A stretch of DNA of 64,000 nucleotides. It comes from Alphaproteobacteria bacterium UBA2966. GTDB lineage: Bacteria; Pseudomonadota; Alphaproteobacteria; UBA2966. This document shows positions 37,946-46,833 of this stretch, piece after piece. The translations under genes and the position numbers were made by a program. The stretch's first letter is position 1; every line of letters begins with the position of its first letter. The notes beneath the pieces are model-generated. The model was not told the DNA's origin. It saw nothing but the letters and a program-made list of their open reading frames with translations, and did no database searches. The stretch lies in the NCBI GenBank assembly GCA_002348365.1, contig DEBC01000137.1:21821-85820 (forward strand), read 5' to 3'.

Positions 37946-39691
37946 TTGAACCGACGGTTCGAAACACTTGGAAAAATCCGCCACCTCATCGCTAGGCGCG
38001 AATGGATCATTCTCGGACTCTGTTGCCTGATGCTCCTTGCCTCAGTCGCTGAGAGCATGGGACTGGCTCTTGTTCTCCCGCTGATCTCCAGTCTCACCGG
38101 TGTATCCGAGGGTTCCGGCACGGTTGCTGAGATTAGTGTAAGACTGCGGGAACTGATCCCTGATGGGGTTGAGCTTGAAGGCCTGGTGTTATTGGTGGCC
38201 CTGGCGTTTCTGCTCAAAGGCGTTCTTCTGGTGATGTCTCGTGGCGCCGCCGACTATTTCTCCTTCCGTCTGCGTGAAGACTGGGCCGCAAAGATTTTTG
38301 ATCACTACCTGCGCGCCCGCTATGCCTACGCGACGTCGCAGCGGCAGGGCGAGATGGTGAACAACATCACGATCGAGCCTTATCGGGCCGCCCGGGCGAT
38401 CACCGTCCTTCTCGATTTCTTGAATCGGATAATTCTGGCGACCGTGCTGCTTACAGTCCTGCTCTTCACCAACTGGCAGGCGACACTGACTATTTCGCTG
38501 GTTGGCGCGCTTCTGTTCTTTGCCGTTCGCAAGTCCACATTCAACTACTCCCTTCACTTCGGCAAGCTGCGCCAGAAGCTCTACCAGCAAATTTCATCCA
38601 TAGGAGCCGAAGCCACCGGGGCGGCCCTTCAGGTGAAGCTGTTCGGAATCTACGACCAGGTGACGGGAGAATTGACCGCCAGGCTCAAACGACACACGCG
38701 TGCTGAGACACTCTTTCGAATTCTCAATGAGATCCCTCTCCAGTCGACCGAATTCCTCATCGTCCTTTTCCTGAGCGTTGCGCTGATCACCCTCAAACAG
38801 GTGGGCGACGTCGCACCGGAAAGCATTGCGGCAATGTTGGGCTTTTATGTTGTGCTCGGTCAGCGGCTTCTCACCAACGTCAATTTCATCATTTCGCGAC
38901 GGATGAAGATTGCCTCACAGATCCCGTCACTGATGCTGATGCATGAGCTGATTGAGAACATTCCCGACCGCGAAGACATCGAAACAGGTCAGGAACTCGC
39001 AACCCTTGACGACGACATTGTCTTCGAGAATGTGACCTTCAGCCATGAGAACGGCAAGCGCGTTTTCCGCGATCTCAACCTGCGTATACCCAAAGGGAAA
39101 ATCACCGGAATCGTTGGCCCATCCGGCACCGGCAAGTCAACGTTCGCCGACCTCATCCTGGGTCTATATGCTCCCGATCACGGGAGTGTCAGCGTCGGGG
39201 GTCATGTGCTCTCGACATATAATCTCCGATCGGTCCGCCAGCGAATTGGGTACGTGAGCCAAGCCCCCGAAATCTTCAATACTTCGATCCGAGAGAACAT
39301 ACGGATTGGCAATCCCAGCGCATCTGAGGATGAAGTGGTTGCAGCTGCCCGCGATGCCCATGCCTTCGATTTTGTTGCCGAACTGCCCGACGGTTTCGAT
39401 ACCGTTGTCGGAGATCGTGGCGTGAAGTTGTCGGGCGGACAGAGGCAGCGGATCGCGATCGCGCGGGTCATTCTGCGCGCACCCGATCTTTACATTTTCG
39501 ACGAGGCGACAAGCGCCCTCGACACTGAATCGGAACGCCTCATTCAAGACTCGATCCAACGTCTTGCGCACAACGCGACAATTGTCATCATCGCGCACCG
39601 CCTCTCCACGGTGCAATCAGCCGACGTGATTTACGAACTCGATGACACCGGAAAAGCGACAGCGCGCGAATTTTCCGAGATTGCTGTATAG
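37946..39691 (+). CDS. ABC transporter, fused permease/ATPase (MsbA/PglK/NdvA-like type I exporter).
   Basis: Six N-terminal TM helices, Walker A GPSGTGKST, the signature LSGGQRQRIAIAR and Walker B IFDEATSALD. The TTG start at 37946 has an AGAGAGAGA RBS. Confidence 0.85.
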   Translation: MNRRFETLGKIRHLIARREWIILGLCCLMLLASVAESMGLALVLPLISSLTGVSEGSGTVAEISVRLRELIPDGVELEGLVLLVALAFLLKGVLLVMSRGAADYFSFRLREDWAAKIFDHYLRARYAYATSQRQGEMVNNITIEPYRAARAITVLLDFLNRIILATVLLTVLLFTNWQATLTISLVGALLFFAVRKSTFNYSLHFGKLRQKLYQQISSIGAEATGAALQVKLFGIYDQVTGELTARLKRHTRAETLFRILNEIPLQSTEFLIVLFLSVALITLKQVGDVAPESIAAMLGFYVVLGQRLLTNVNFIISRRMKIASQIPSLMLMHELIENIPDREDIETGQELATLDDDIVFENVTFSHENGKRVFRDLNLRIPKGKITGIVGPSGTGKSTFADLILGLYAPDHGSVSVGGHVLSTYNLRSVRQRIGYVSQAPEIFNTSIRENIRIGNPSASEDEVVAAARDAHAFDFVAELPDGFDTVVGDRGVKLSGGQRQRIAIARVILRAPDLYIFDEATSALDTESERLIQDSIQRLAHNATIVIIAHRLSTVQSADVIYELDDTGKATAREFSEIAV

Positions 39692-39721
39692 CTGGATAAC
39701 AGCCCCCCTACGAACACCCGC

Positions 39722-40777
39722 ATGACACACCCCACCATTGAAATCGCAGGCAAGACCATCGGCATTGGCCAGCCGGCGTTCCTGATCGCCGAAGTCGCCC
39801 AAACTCATGACGGATCGCTTGGCCTCGCTCATGCGTTCATCGATGCAGCGGCTGATACCGGGGCAGATGCCATCAAGTTTCAGACCCACATCGCCGATGC
39901 CGAATCCACGCTCGATGAAGAGTTCCGGGTTGCATTCAGCAAACAGGACAAGACGCGGTACGACTACTGGAAGCGCATGGAATTTACGCCTGAGCAGTGG
40001 TCGGGTCTGGCCGAACATGCCAGCGCGCGAGGCGTGGTGTTTCTCAGTTCGGCCTTTTCGGTGGCAGCCATCAATCTTCTGGAAGCGATTGGCATCCCGG
40101 CGTGGAAGGTAGGTTCCGGAGAATTCAGGTCGGACGACCTTCTGGCACGCCTGTGCGAGACCGGATTTCCGGTCATTTTCTCTACGGGGATGAGCACGTG
40201 GCAGGAAATTGAAACCGCTGTCGCAGCGTTTCAGGAGCAGAAGTCGCCGCTTGCGCTCCTTCAGTGCACGAGCCGTTACCCAACGCCTCTTGAGGAAGTC
40301 GGGCTGAATGTCATCGACGACCTTCGAAACCGCTTTGACGTCCCAGCCGGACTGTCGGATCACTCAGGGAGTATTTATCCATCGCTTGCCGCACTCGCGC
40401 GCGGTGCCAATCTCATCGAGGTCCACCTGACACTCGACAGGCGATTGTTTGGTCCCGATGTCCCGGTATCGCTGACACCTGACGAGATGCGAACGGTGTG
40501 CGAGGCGCGTGACGCCTTTGCGGTCATGGACGCCAATCCTGTCGACAAGGAGACCATGGCCAAGAACCTCAGCACCATGCGTGATCTCTTCACCAAGAGC
40601 CTGGCGGTGACGCGTCCTCTCGCAGCGGGTACCAGGCTGACACCAGATATGTTGACCTCGAAAAAGCCCGGCACCGGCATACCCGCTGGGGATCTGGGGG
40701 GCTTTGTGGGTCGAACCCTCGCGCGTGACGTATCACCTGACCGTTTGCTTTCTCTCGAGGATATTGATGGCGGATAA
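39722..40777 (+). CDS. neuB: N-acylneuraminate (nonulosonic acid) synthase, NeuB/LegI/PseI family, copy 2.
   Basis: …PAFLIAEVAQTHDGSLGLAHAFIDAAADTGADAIKFQTH… and a C-terminal SAF domain (…SKKPGTGIP…). Confidence 0.85.
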   Translation: MTHPTIEIAGKTIGIGQPAFLIAEVAQTHDGSLGLAHAFIDAAADTGADAIKFQTHIADAESTLDEEFRVAFSKQDKTRYDYWKRMEFTPEQWSGLAEHASARGVVFLSSAFSVAAINLLEAIGIPAWKVGSGEFRSDDLLARLCETGFPVIFSTGMSTWQEIETAVAAFQEQKSPLALLQCTSRYPTPLEEVGLNVIDDLRNRFDVPAGLSDHSGSIYPSLAALARGANLIEVHLTLDRRLFGPDVPVSLTPDEMRTVCEARDAFAVMDANPVDKETMAKNLSTMRDLFTKSLAVTRPLAAGTRLTPDMLTSKKPGTGIPAGDLGGFVGRTLARDVSPDRLLSLEDIDGG

Positions 40778-42002
40778 ACGCAAGATTTGCATCGTGGTGA
40801 ACAGCCGGGCCAATTACGCCCGAATCAAATCCGTCATGCGCGCCATCGAAGAGCACGAGGCTTTGGACCTCAAGCTTATCGTCGGTGCTTCGGCGCTGCT
40901 CCACCGGTTTGGCGCGGTTCGCGACATCATCGAAGCTGATGGCTTTACTCCGGTATCGACCGTTTACTCCATCGTCGAAGGTGAAACACCAACGACAATG
41001 GCAAAGTCGACAGGTATGGGCATCATCGAGCTCGCGACTCAATTCGAAAACATTCAGCCCGATATCGTCCTGACTGTCGCCGACAGGTTCGAGACGATCG
41101 CGACCGCCATCGCCGCCAGCTATATGAATATTCCCGTTGCGCACACACAAGGCGGGGAAGTCACAGGTTCCATCGACGAAAGCGTGCGCCATGCCGTAAC
41201 CAAGCTCGCGCATATTCATTTTCCTGCGACGGGTCGGGCTCGGGACAACGTCGTGCGTATGGGTGAGGACCCGGAAATGGTGTTTCTCACCGGATGTCCA
41301 TCAATCGACCTTATTGCGGATCTCGATCTACGAATGCCGCCCGATATGTTTGAGCGGTATCGCGGTGTCGGCGCACAAATTGACCCGTCGCAGCCTTACC
41401 TGGTCGTCCTCCAGCATCCCGTGACAACAGAGTACGGCTCAGGGTTAGATCAGATCTGGGAGACGCTGACCGCGGTCGAAAAAGTTGGTTTGCAGGCCGC
41501 ATGGCTATGGCCAAACGTGGATGCAGGGTCCGACGACATTTCAAAGGGACTGCGTGTTTACCGGGAGCGCAACAATCCCGACTGGCTCCACTTTTATCGT
41601 CACTTTGGCGCGGAGGATTACGCGCGCCTGATAAACAACGCGGCCTGCCTGGTCGGCAACTCAAGCTCTGGGCTGAGGGAGGGCGCATACCTCGGTGTTC
41701 CCGCAGTCAATATCGGGACCCGCCAACAAGGTCGGGAACATGGGGAGAACGTCATCCACGTCGACTATGACGCGGCGCAGATTGAAGCGACGGTCAACCA
41801 GCAAATATCTCACGGCCGGCACCAGAGCGCGCATTTATTCGGTGATGGAAATGCGGGCAGGAAAATTGCAGACGTTCTCGCCTCTGTCGAACCCAACGTT
41901 CAAAAGCGACTCACGTATGACCAGTCGCATGACCAGGGAATCCAACAGCTGGCAGAACGCGCGCGCCTGAGACGACATCTCACCGGGAACGGCACTCGAT
42001 GA
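40767..42002 (+). CDS. neuC: UDP-N-acetylglucosamine 2-epimerase (hydrolysing), NeuC-type, copy 2, with a C-terminal extension.
   Basis: …DIVLTVADRFETIATAIAASYMNIPVAHTQGGE…VRHAVTKLAHIHFPAT… The ATG at 40767 overlaps the neuB2 3' end by 11 nt. Confidence 0.8.
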   Translation: MADKRKICIVVNSRANYARIKSVMRAIEEHEALDLKLIVGASALLHRFGAVRDIIEADGFTPVSTVYSIVEGETPTTMAKSTGMGIIELATQFENIQPDIVLTVADRFETIATAIAASYMNIPVAHTQGGEVTGSIDESVRHAVTKLAHIHFPATGRARDNVVRMGEDPEMVFLTGCPSIDLIADLDLRMPPDMFERYRGVGAQIDPSQPYLVVLQHPVTTEYGSGLDQIWETLTAVEKVGLQAAWLWPNVDAGSDDISKGLRVYRERNNPDWLHFYRHFGAEDYARLINNAACLVGNSSSGLREGAYLGVPAVNIGTRQQGREHGENVIHVDYDAAQIEATVNQQISHGRHQSAHLFGDGNAGRKIADVLASVEPNVQKRLTYDQSHDQGIQQLAERARLRRHLTGNGTR

Positions 42003-43003
42003 CTTCGGTTAACAAGCACATCCTCGTCGTTGGAAGCGGCAGCGCTGGCAAGCGGCATGCTCGCAACCTCGCGTCCCGGGGCTGCACCATCTCGAGCATG
42101 GATCCGCGTCAGGACCGCCTCGCGGAGCTGGCCGAAGAGACTCCGGTGGAGCGGGGGTTCGACTCCATCGAAGCGGCTCTCGAAAACTCGGAGCGTCTAG
42201 ACGGCGTGGTCATCACATCGCCCCCCTTCTTTCACGTGGATCAAGCAATTGCGGCGATCGAGGCGAGGTTGCCGGTCCTGCTGGAGAAACCGGTCTCGCC
42301 CGATGCGACAAGCGCCCGCAAGCTAGCCCGGACTTGCGAGTCCCATGAGGTGGCACTCCTGCTGGGATACACTTGGCGCTGGTGGCCGCCCCTTCGAGAC
42401 GTCAAAACCAAGCTCGAATCGGGCGCTGTCGGGCGCCTGCGGCATGTTCGCTTCACCATGTCCGCACATCTAGCCGACTGGCATCCCTGGGAGCGCTATC
42501 AAGACTTCTTCATGTCCAGTCGAGAATTGGGTGGTGGCGCAATCCTCGACGAAAGCCATTGGATCGATCTGGCACTGTGGTTCTTCGGCATGCCGCGTTC
42601 CGTCTCGGCCCGAATCGAGAAGATCAGTGATCTCGAGATCGATGCGGACGACAATGTCGACATGATCCTGGAGTTCGATGACGGCCTGCGTGCCACCTTG
42701 CACCTCGATCTCTTCGGCAGACCTCACGAAAAGAGCATCCGATTCGTTGGCGAAGAGGGCAGTTGCTTGTGGACGGAATCACCCAATCGCGTCGCGTTTT
42801 CCGGCAGTGCCTCCGAGGACTGGGACGAGACCACATACACCTGCGAACGGAATGACATGTTTATGGGTGTGACCGAGGAATTCCTCGATGTGCTCGATGG
42901 GCAGAGCGTCACCACCTGCTCCATCGAGGATGGCGTCCGCGTACTCGACGTGATCGAGGCCGCCCGGCGCAGTCACGAAGAAGAGCGCCGCATCCCGCTA
43001 TAG
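41999..43003 (+). CDS. Gfo/Idh/MocA-family NAD(P)-dependent oxidoreductase.
   Basis: N-terminal Rossmann (…ILVVGSGSAGKRHARNL…) and a GFO_IDH_MocA C-domain. The ATGA overlap with neuC2 is at 41999-42002. Confidence 0.8.
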   Translation: MTSVNKHILVVGSGSAGKRHARNLASRGCTISSMDPRQDRLAELAEETPVERGFDSIEAALENSERLDGVVITSPPFFHVDQAIAAIEARLPVLLEKPVSPDATSARKLARTCESHEVALLLGYTWRWWPPLRDVKTKLESGAVGRLRHVRFTMSAHLADWHPWERYQDFFMSSRELGGGAILDESHWIDLALWFFGMPRSVSARIEKISDLEIDADDNVDMILEFDDGLRATLHLDLFGRPHEKSIRFVGEEGSCLWTESPNRVAFSGSASEDWDETTYTCERNDMFMGVTEEFLDVLDGQSVTTCSIEDGVRVLDVIEAARRSHEEERRIPL

Positions 43004-43819
43004 CTCAACGGCCGACTGGTCGGCATCCGCCCCGGCTTTACGCGAGTGGATGCTTGTCCGAGGGCGCCGCATGTTTGCCCAGCCTTGCCCCAGCAGCGCC
43101 GCCCCCACGATGACGGCACCGATCACCTGGACTGGTAACAGAACCCAAAGAAAATAAGACAGGCCGTCATGCAACAGCAGCAGCAACGGGGACAAAAAGG
43201 TAACGTTGTAGACCAACGCGGTCGTGCGCTGCTCGACGCGCAGCCAGCCCGACTGCCGTTCGGTTTCATCACCGGTCAATGGACCGGTTTCGCGAATCAT
43301 CCATTCGCGATGGTGGCTCACCCGTGATTTCGTCAGCTCTGCGTACACGGCGAGAAGGGTCACGGCGAAACCGGCAATCACAATCCGCACGTCGCCAGCG
43401 AGATGCCAGTATGCGAATCCCGCGGCGGCCGGGGTGAGTAGAGACAAGAACCTGTCCGCGAAGCCATCAAAGAATTTGCCCCAGTAGGTCACAGATTCCG
43501 ACATGCGGGCGATGTTGCCATCCAGGCAGTCGAGCACGAGATTGAGATATACGTGCACCATGAAGGCGAGAATCAGGTGCCGACTTCCACTGGCCAATGC
43601 CGCCAGGGCAAGCACGTTCAACAGGCACCGGACGACAGTCACCGTATTGGCCGATACACCCGCGTTGTAGACTGCCGGGGTGAGGTAGATGGCGAGTGGC
43701 CGGGCAAACAGCCTTACGAAAATTTGCGGTCGAACGTGGCTATTGAAGGAAGCTTTGACATCGTCGACAGTGATACGATCCGCCGGACGAGTTTCATGAT
43801 TGGGTGCTTCAGAGGTCAT
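42998..43819 (-). CDS. CDP-alcohol phosphatidyltransferase-family membrane protein.
   Basis: Signature …LDCLDGNIARMSESVTYWGKFFDGFADR… (D-G-x2-A-R…G-x3-D-x3-D) and multiple TM helices. Confidence 0.75.
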   Translation of the reverse strand: MTSEAPNHETRPADRITVDDVKASFNSHVRPQIFVRLFARPLAIYLTPAVYNAGVSANTVTVVRCLLNVLALAALASGSRHLILAFMVHVYLNLVLDCLDGNIARMSESVTYWGKFFDGFADRFLSLLTPAAAGFAYWHLAGDVRIVIAGFAVTLLAVYAELTKSRVSHHREWMIRETGPLTGDETERQSGWLRVEQRTTALVYNVTFLSPLLLLLHDGLSYFLWVLLPVQVIGAVIVGAALLGQGWANMRRPRTSIHSRKAGADADQSAVEL

Positions 43820-43952
43820 CAGGTGCCCGGCACTCTTATGAGGTAACGATCTTGTCGTCTAGGAACGGATCGCAAGCATACTCCCCCAGCGACGGGTGTC
43901 ACGGTTCCAACTCACGTCGTCGCGCGGTATAGCGGTACGGACACGGCGGCGT

Positions 43953-44786
43953 ATGGCAAGCTTCACACAACGGCTCGATCGCGGACTGAAGACCACGGCA
44001 TTGCGTTCGTTGCGATTCAATTTGCGCGCCAAACGCTTGTTCACCAAGCGGCGGAACTGCCTGTTCGTCACCTGTTTTCCAAAATCTGGTTCGACGTTTC
44101 TCGTTTCGGTGCTTGCCGAGTCATCGGGATACATTCGGCAGTTTCTCGGATACGACCATCTCAACGAGCAGGATCTGTACCTGCCCAACCTCATCGACGC
44201 CTACAACATGAACATCGTCTGCCATCAGCATACCAGGGCAACCTCGCCCAACCTCGAACTCATCAAGGAGTTCGGCATACGCCCGGTGGTGCTGGTGCGC
44301 GATGTTTTCGATTGCCTCGTTTCTCTACGCGATCATCTGGACAGGGAATCGCGACGCACACCGGTGTTCACCGCGACCGACGACTTTTTCTCCAAGTCCC
44401 AGACGGAGCAATTCGATGAACTGATCGATTTCGCGCTTCCTTGGTATGTAAATTTCGTGGTGTCGTGGAAGTCTGCTCAAAGTGAAGGCGTGCAAACACT
44501 GTGGCTCTCCTACGAAGACATGATGGCGGACAAGGCCGAAGCAGTGAGACAGGTTCTCAGGTTCTATGGTCTCGATCAATTTGGCAGTCGTGTCGACGCC
44601 GCCATAGCAAAGGTCGATGCGGGTGACGGCACGCGCTTCAATCGCGGCGTCAGGGGCCGGGGCCGGTCACTGCTTTCTGCCGAGCAGCAGCAGCGCGTCA
44701 TGGATCGTTTCGGACATTTCCCTGACGTGGACTTCTCTATGATCGGAATCGCGCCGAGCGCCGACCCCGTGGCATCACAGGCGTGA
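43953..44786 (+). CDS. PAPS-dependent sulfotransferase, copy 2.
   Basis: 5'-PSB …LFVTCFPKSGSTFLVSVL… and 3'-PB-like …VVLVRDVFDCLVSLRDH… An alternative GTG start is at 43896. Confidence 0.6.
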   Translation: MASFTQRLDRGLKTTALRSLRFNLRAKRLFTKRRNCLFVTCFPKSGSTFLVSVLAESSGYIRQFLGYDHLNEQDLYLPNLIDAYNMNIVCHQHTRATSPNLELIKEFGIRPVVLVRDVFDCLVSLRDHLDRESRRTPVFTATDDFFSKSQTEQFDELIDFALPWYVNFVVSWKSAQSEGVQTLWLSYEDMMADKAEAVRQVLRFYGLDQFGSRVDAAIAKVDAGDGTRFNRGVRGRGRSLLSAEQQQRVMDRFGHFPDVDFSMIGIAPSADPVASQA

Positions 44787-45652
44787 TGTCCGGGGCACCG
44801 CCTTACCCTGCGCAGCCTACACCTGGCTTGGGCTCTTCCTTTCTGACCGCCACGGACATAGCGGAATTTCTGGACCTTTGGCTCAGCAATGAGTTGCTCG
44901 ACGGTGAGGCCGCGCGAACTTTCGCCGCATACTACGGCAGCTACGCAAAATCCTTCTCACCCCGGATGCGTCGACTCTATGCCGGACAGATCCGCGAAGC
45001 TGAAAAAGTCCTCGAGAACAACCCGTCTGCATCAGTTCTTGAGGTGGGTTGCGGCCTCGGAACGGAGTCACTCTGGCTCGCCTTGAAAGGTGGAGATGTT
45101 CGCGCCGTCGATGTGCGGCAGGATCGTGTTAACACCGCAGTCGCGCGTCAAAGAGTCCTCGAAACCGAGATTGGGCGACCCGTCGATTGTGCGTTCTTCT
45201 GCGGCTCGTTCCTCGAATTGAACGACGATGAGGCGTTCGATCTGATCTGGATGGAACAGGCCTTTCATCACCTGGAACCGCGCCGAGACGTCGTGCAAAA
45301 AACGGCCACGTTGCTGAAACCGGGGGGACACCTGGTCATTTCCGAGGCGAATGCCCTTAACCCTCTACTTCAGTTGGAGCTGTTCATCCGCCGCGGCGTT
45401 CCCCGTGTGGCGATGCAACAAGGGCCGGATGGAACGGATCATCCGTATGGCGTCGAACGCGTCACGTCGGCAATGAATCTTGTTAAGATGTTTGAGAGGG
45501 TCGGCATACGCCGCGTCGGTGTCCGGCATTACCGAATGTTTCCCAACAGTCCCCTGTTCGACCGGCTGGCAGGCGTCGAAGATGTTTTGGCTCGGAATGC
45601 TCTGGCCCCATTGCTCACACACTTCAACTACGTGGGCGAAAAAGCGGTATGA
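44783..45652 (+). CDS. Class I SAM-dependent methyltransferase.
   Basis: …VLEVGCGLGTESLWLA… motif I and …LLKPGGHLVISE… The GTGATG start overlaps the upstream stop. Confidence 0.75.
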   Translation: MMSGAPPYPAQPTPGLGSSFLTATDIAEFLDLWLSNELLDGEAARTFAAYYGSYAKSFSPRMRRLYAGQIREAEKVLENNPSASVLEVGCGLGTESLWLALKGGDVRAVDVRQDRVNTAVARQRVLETEIGRPVDCAFFCGSFLELNDDEAFDLIWMEQAFHHLEPRRDVVQKTATLLKPGGHLVISEANALNPLLQLELFIRRGVPRVAMQQGPDGTDHPYGVERVTSAMNLVKMFERVGIRRVGVRHYRMFPNSPLFDRLAGVEDVLARNALAPLLTHFNYVGEKAV

Positions 45653-46833
45653 GCGAAGAGTTCTCAGCCAAGCGTCGACTGCTGTTCATCCTGAATGACG
45701 CACCGTTCTTCGTCTCCCATCGCCTCTCTCTCGCCGCAGCAGCGAGACGTGCGGGATTCGACGTCCATGTCGCTGTCGCGCATGACGCCGATGCCGTCGC
45801 AATCATTGAGTCTGCGGGCATTCATCATCACGACATTCCATTGAAGCGGGGCGCACGCGGCCCATTGGGTGAATTGCGGCTGATCTTCAGGCTCGCAAAC
45901 ATCATCCGCTCGCTGCGCCCCGATCTGATTCACACCGTGACGATGAAGCCAGTGCTCTACGGAGGAAGTCTGGCGCGACTGATGAAGGTGCCCGCAGTCG
46001 TGAACGCGGTTACGGGACTGGGCTACCTGTTTCTGATCGAGGGCACCCTCGCGAGACTGCAACGAGGAATCATCAAGCGGATTTACCGGTTCGCTCTCGG
46101 TCAACCGAACGGCCGTGCCATTTTTCAGAACCCTGACGATTTGCGGCTGTTCCTCGACGAAGGGCTGGTGGCACCGGATGACAGCATCATCATCAAAGGT
46201 ACCGGCGTAGACATGAACCTGTTCCAGTTCCTTCCCGAGCCCGCCGATGAGCCCATCGTCATGTTTCCGGCTCGGGTGATCGGCGACAAGGGTATTCACC
46301 AGTTTGTCTCTGCCGCCAGGACCCTCAAGGGTGAGGGTCTTTCGGCTCGCTTTGTCATTGTTGGTCGGACCGACCCGGATAACCCAACTGATGTTGGTGA
46401 GTCGAAAATCCGGGAGTGGGAACGGGATGGCCTGGTGGAGTGGTGGGGTTTCTCGAATGATATGGCGAGCACCTTGCCCAAGGCACACATCGTCTGCATG
46501 CCCTCTTACCGGGAAGGTCTGCCGCGGGTCTTGATTGAAGCCGCGGCCTCCGGTCGCCCTATCGTTACGGCCGATGTTCCCGGGTGCCGAGAGATCGTCA
46601 AGCACGGCGAGAATGGCTTCCTCGTGCCGGTCAGAGATGGCGCCGCCACGGCGGAAGCGATCGCCAGGCTGCTTGCGGATGATGAACTCAGGCACCAGAT
46701 GGCGCAGCGTTCACGGGAGATGGCGGAACGGGATTACGCGATGGATAAGTTCATCGCAAAGACCTTCGCAGTCTACGAAAAACTGATCCCAAATTCCCTG
46801 CAAGCGGCGGCAGCGAACAGCGTCACGGCATGA
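45649..46833 (+). CDS. Glycosyltransferase family 4 (GT-B, retaining).
   Basis: C-terminal …CMPSYREGLPRVLIEAAASGRPIVTADVPGCREIV…GENGFLV… EX7E-type region. The ATGA overlap is at 45649-45652. Confidence 0.85.
   Translation: MSEEFSAKRRLLFILNDAPFFVSHRLSLAAAARRAGFDVHVAVAHDADAVAIIESAGIHHHDIPLKRGARGPLGELRLIFRLANIIRSLRPDLIHTVTMKPVLYGGSLARLMKVPAVVNAVTGLGYLFLIEGTLARLQRGIIKRIYRFALGQPNGRAIFQNPDDLRLFLDEGLVAPDDSIIIKGTGVDMNLFQFLPEPADEPIVMFPARVIGDKGIHQFVSAARTLKGEGLSARFVIVGRTDPDNPTDVGESKIREWERDGLVEWWGFSNDMASTLPKAHIVCMPSYREGLPRVLIEAAASGRPIVTADVPGCREIVKHGENGFLVPVRDGAATAEAIARLLADDELRHQMAQRSREMAERDYAMDKFIAKTFAVYEKLIPNSLQAAAANSVTA

Noticed and set aside
45664-46695. A 343-aa ORF on the minus strand, and similar long antisense ORFs (6118..6747, 11992..12525, 19072..19632, 50223..50984, 47027..47599).
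   Set aside because: They lie antisense to well-supported genes (GT4, TauE, rpe, the ThDP enzyme, WecA, Wzy_C). They have Arg/Pro/Gly-rich low-complexity translations typical of shadow ORFs in high-GC DNA and show no recognisable domains.
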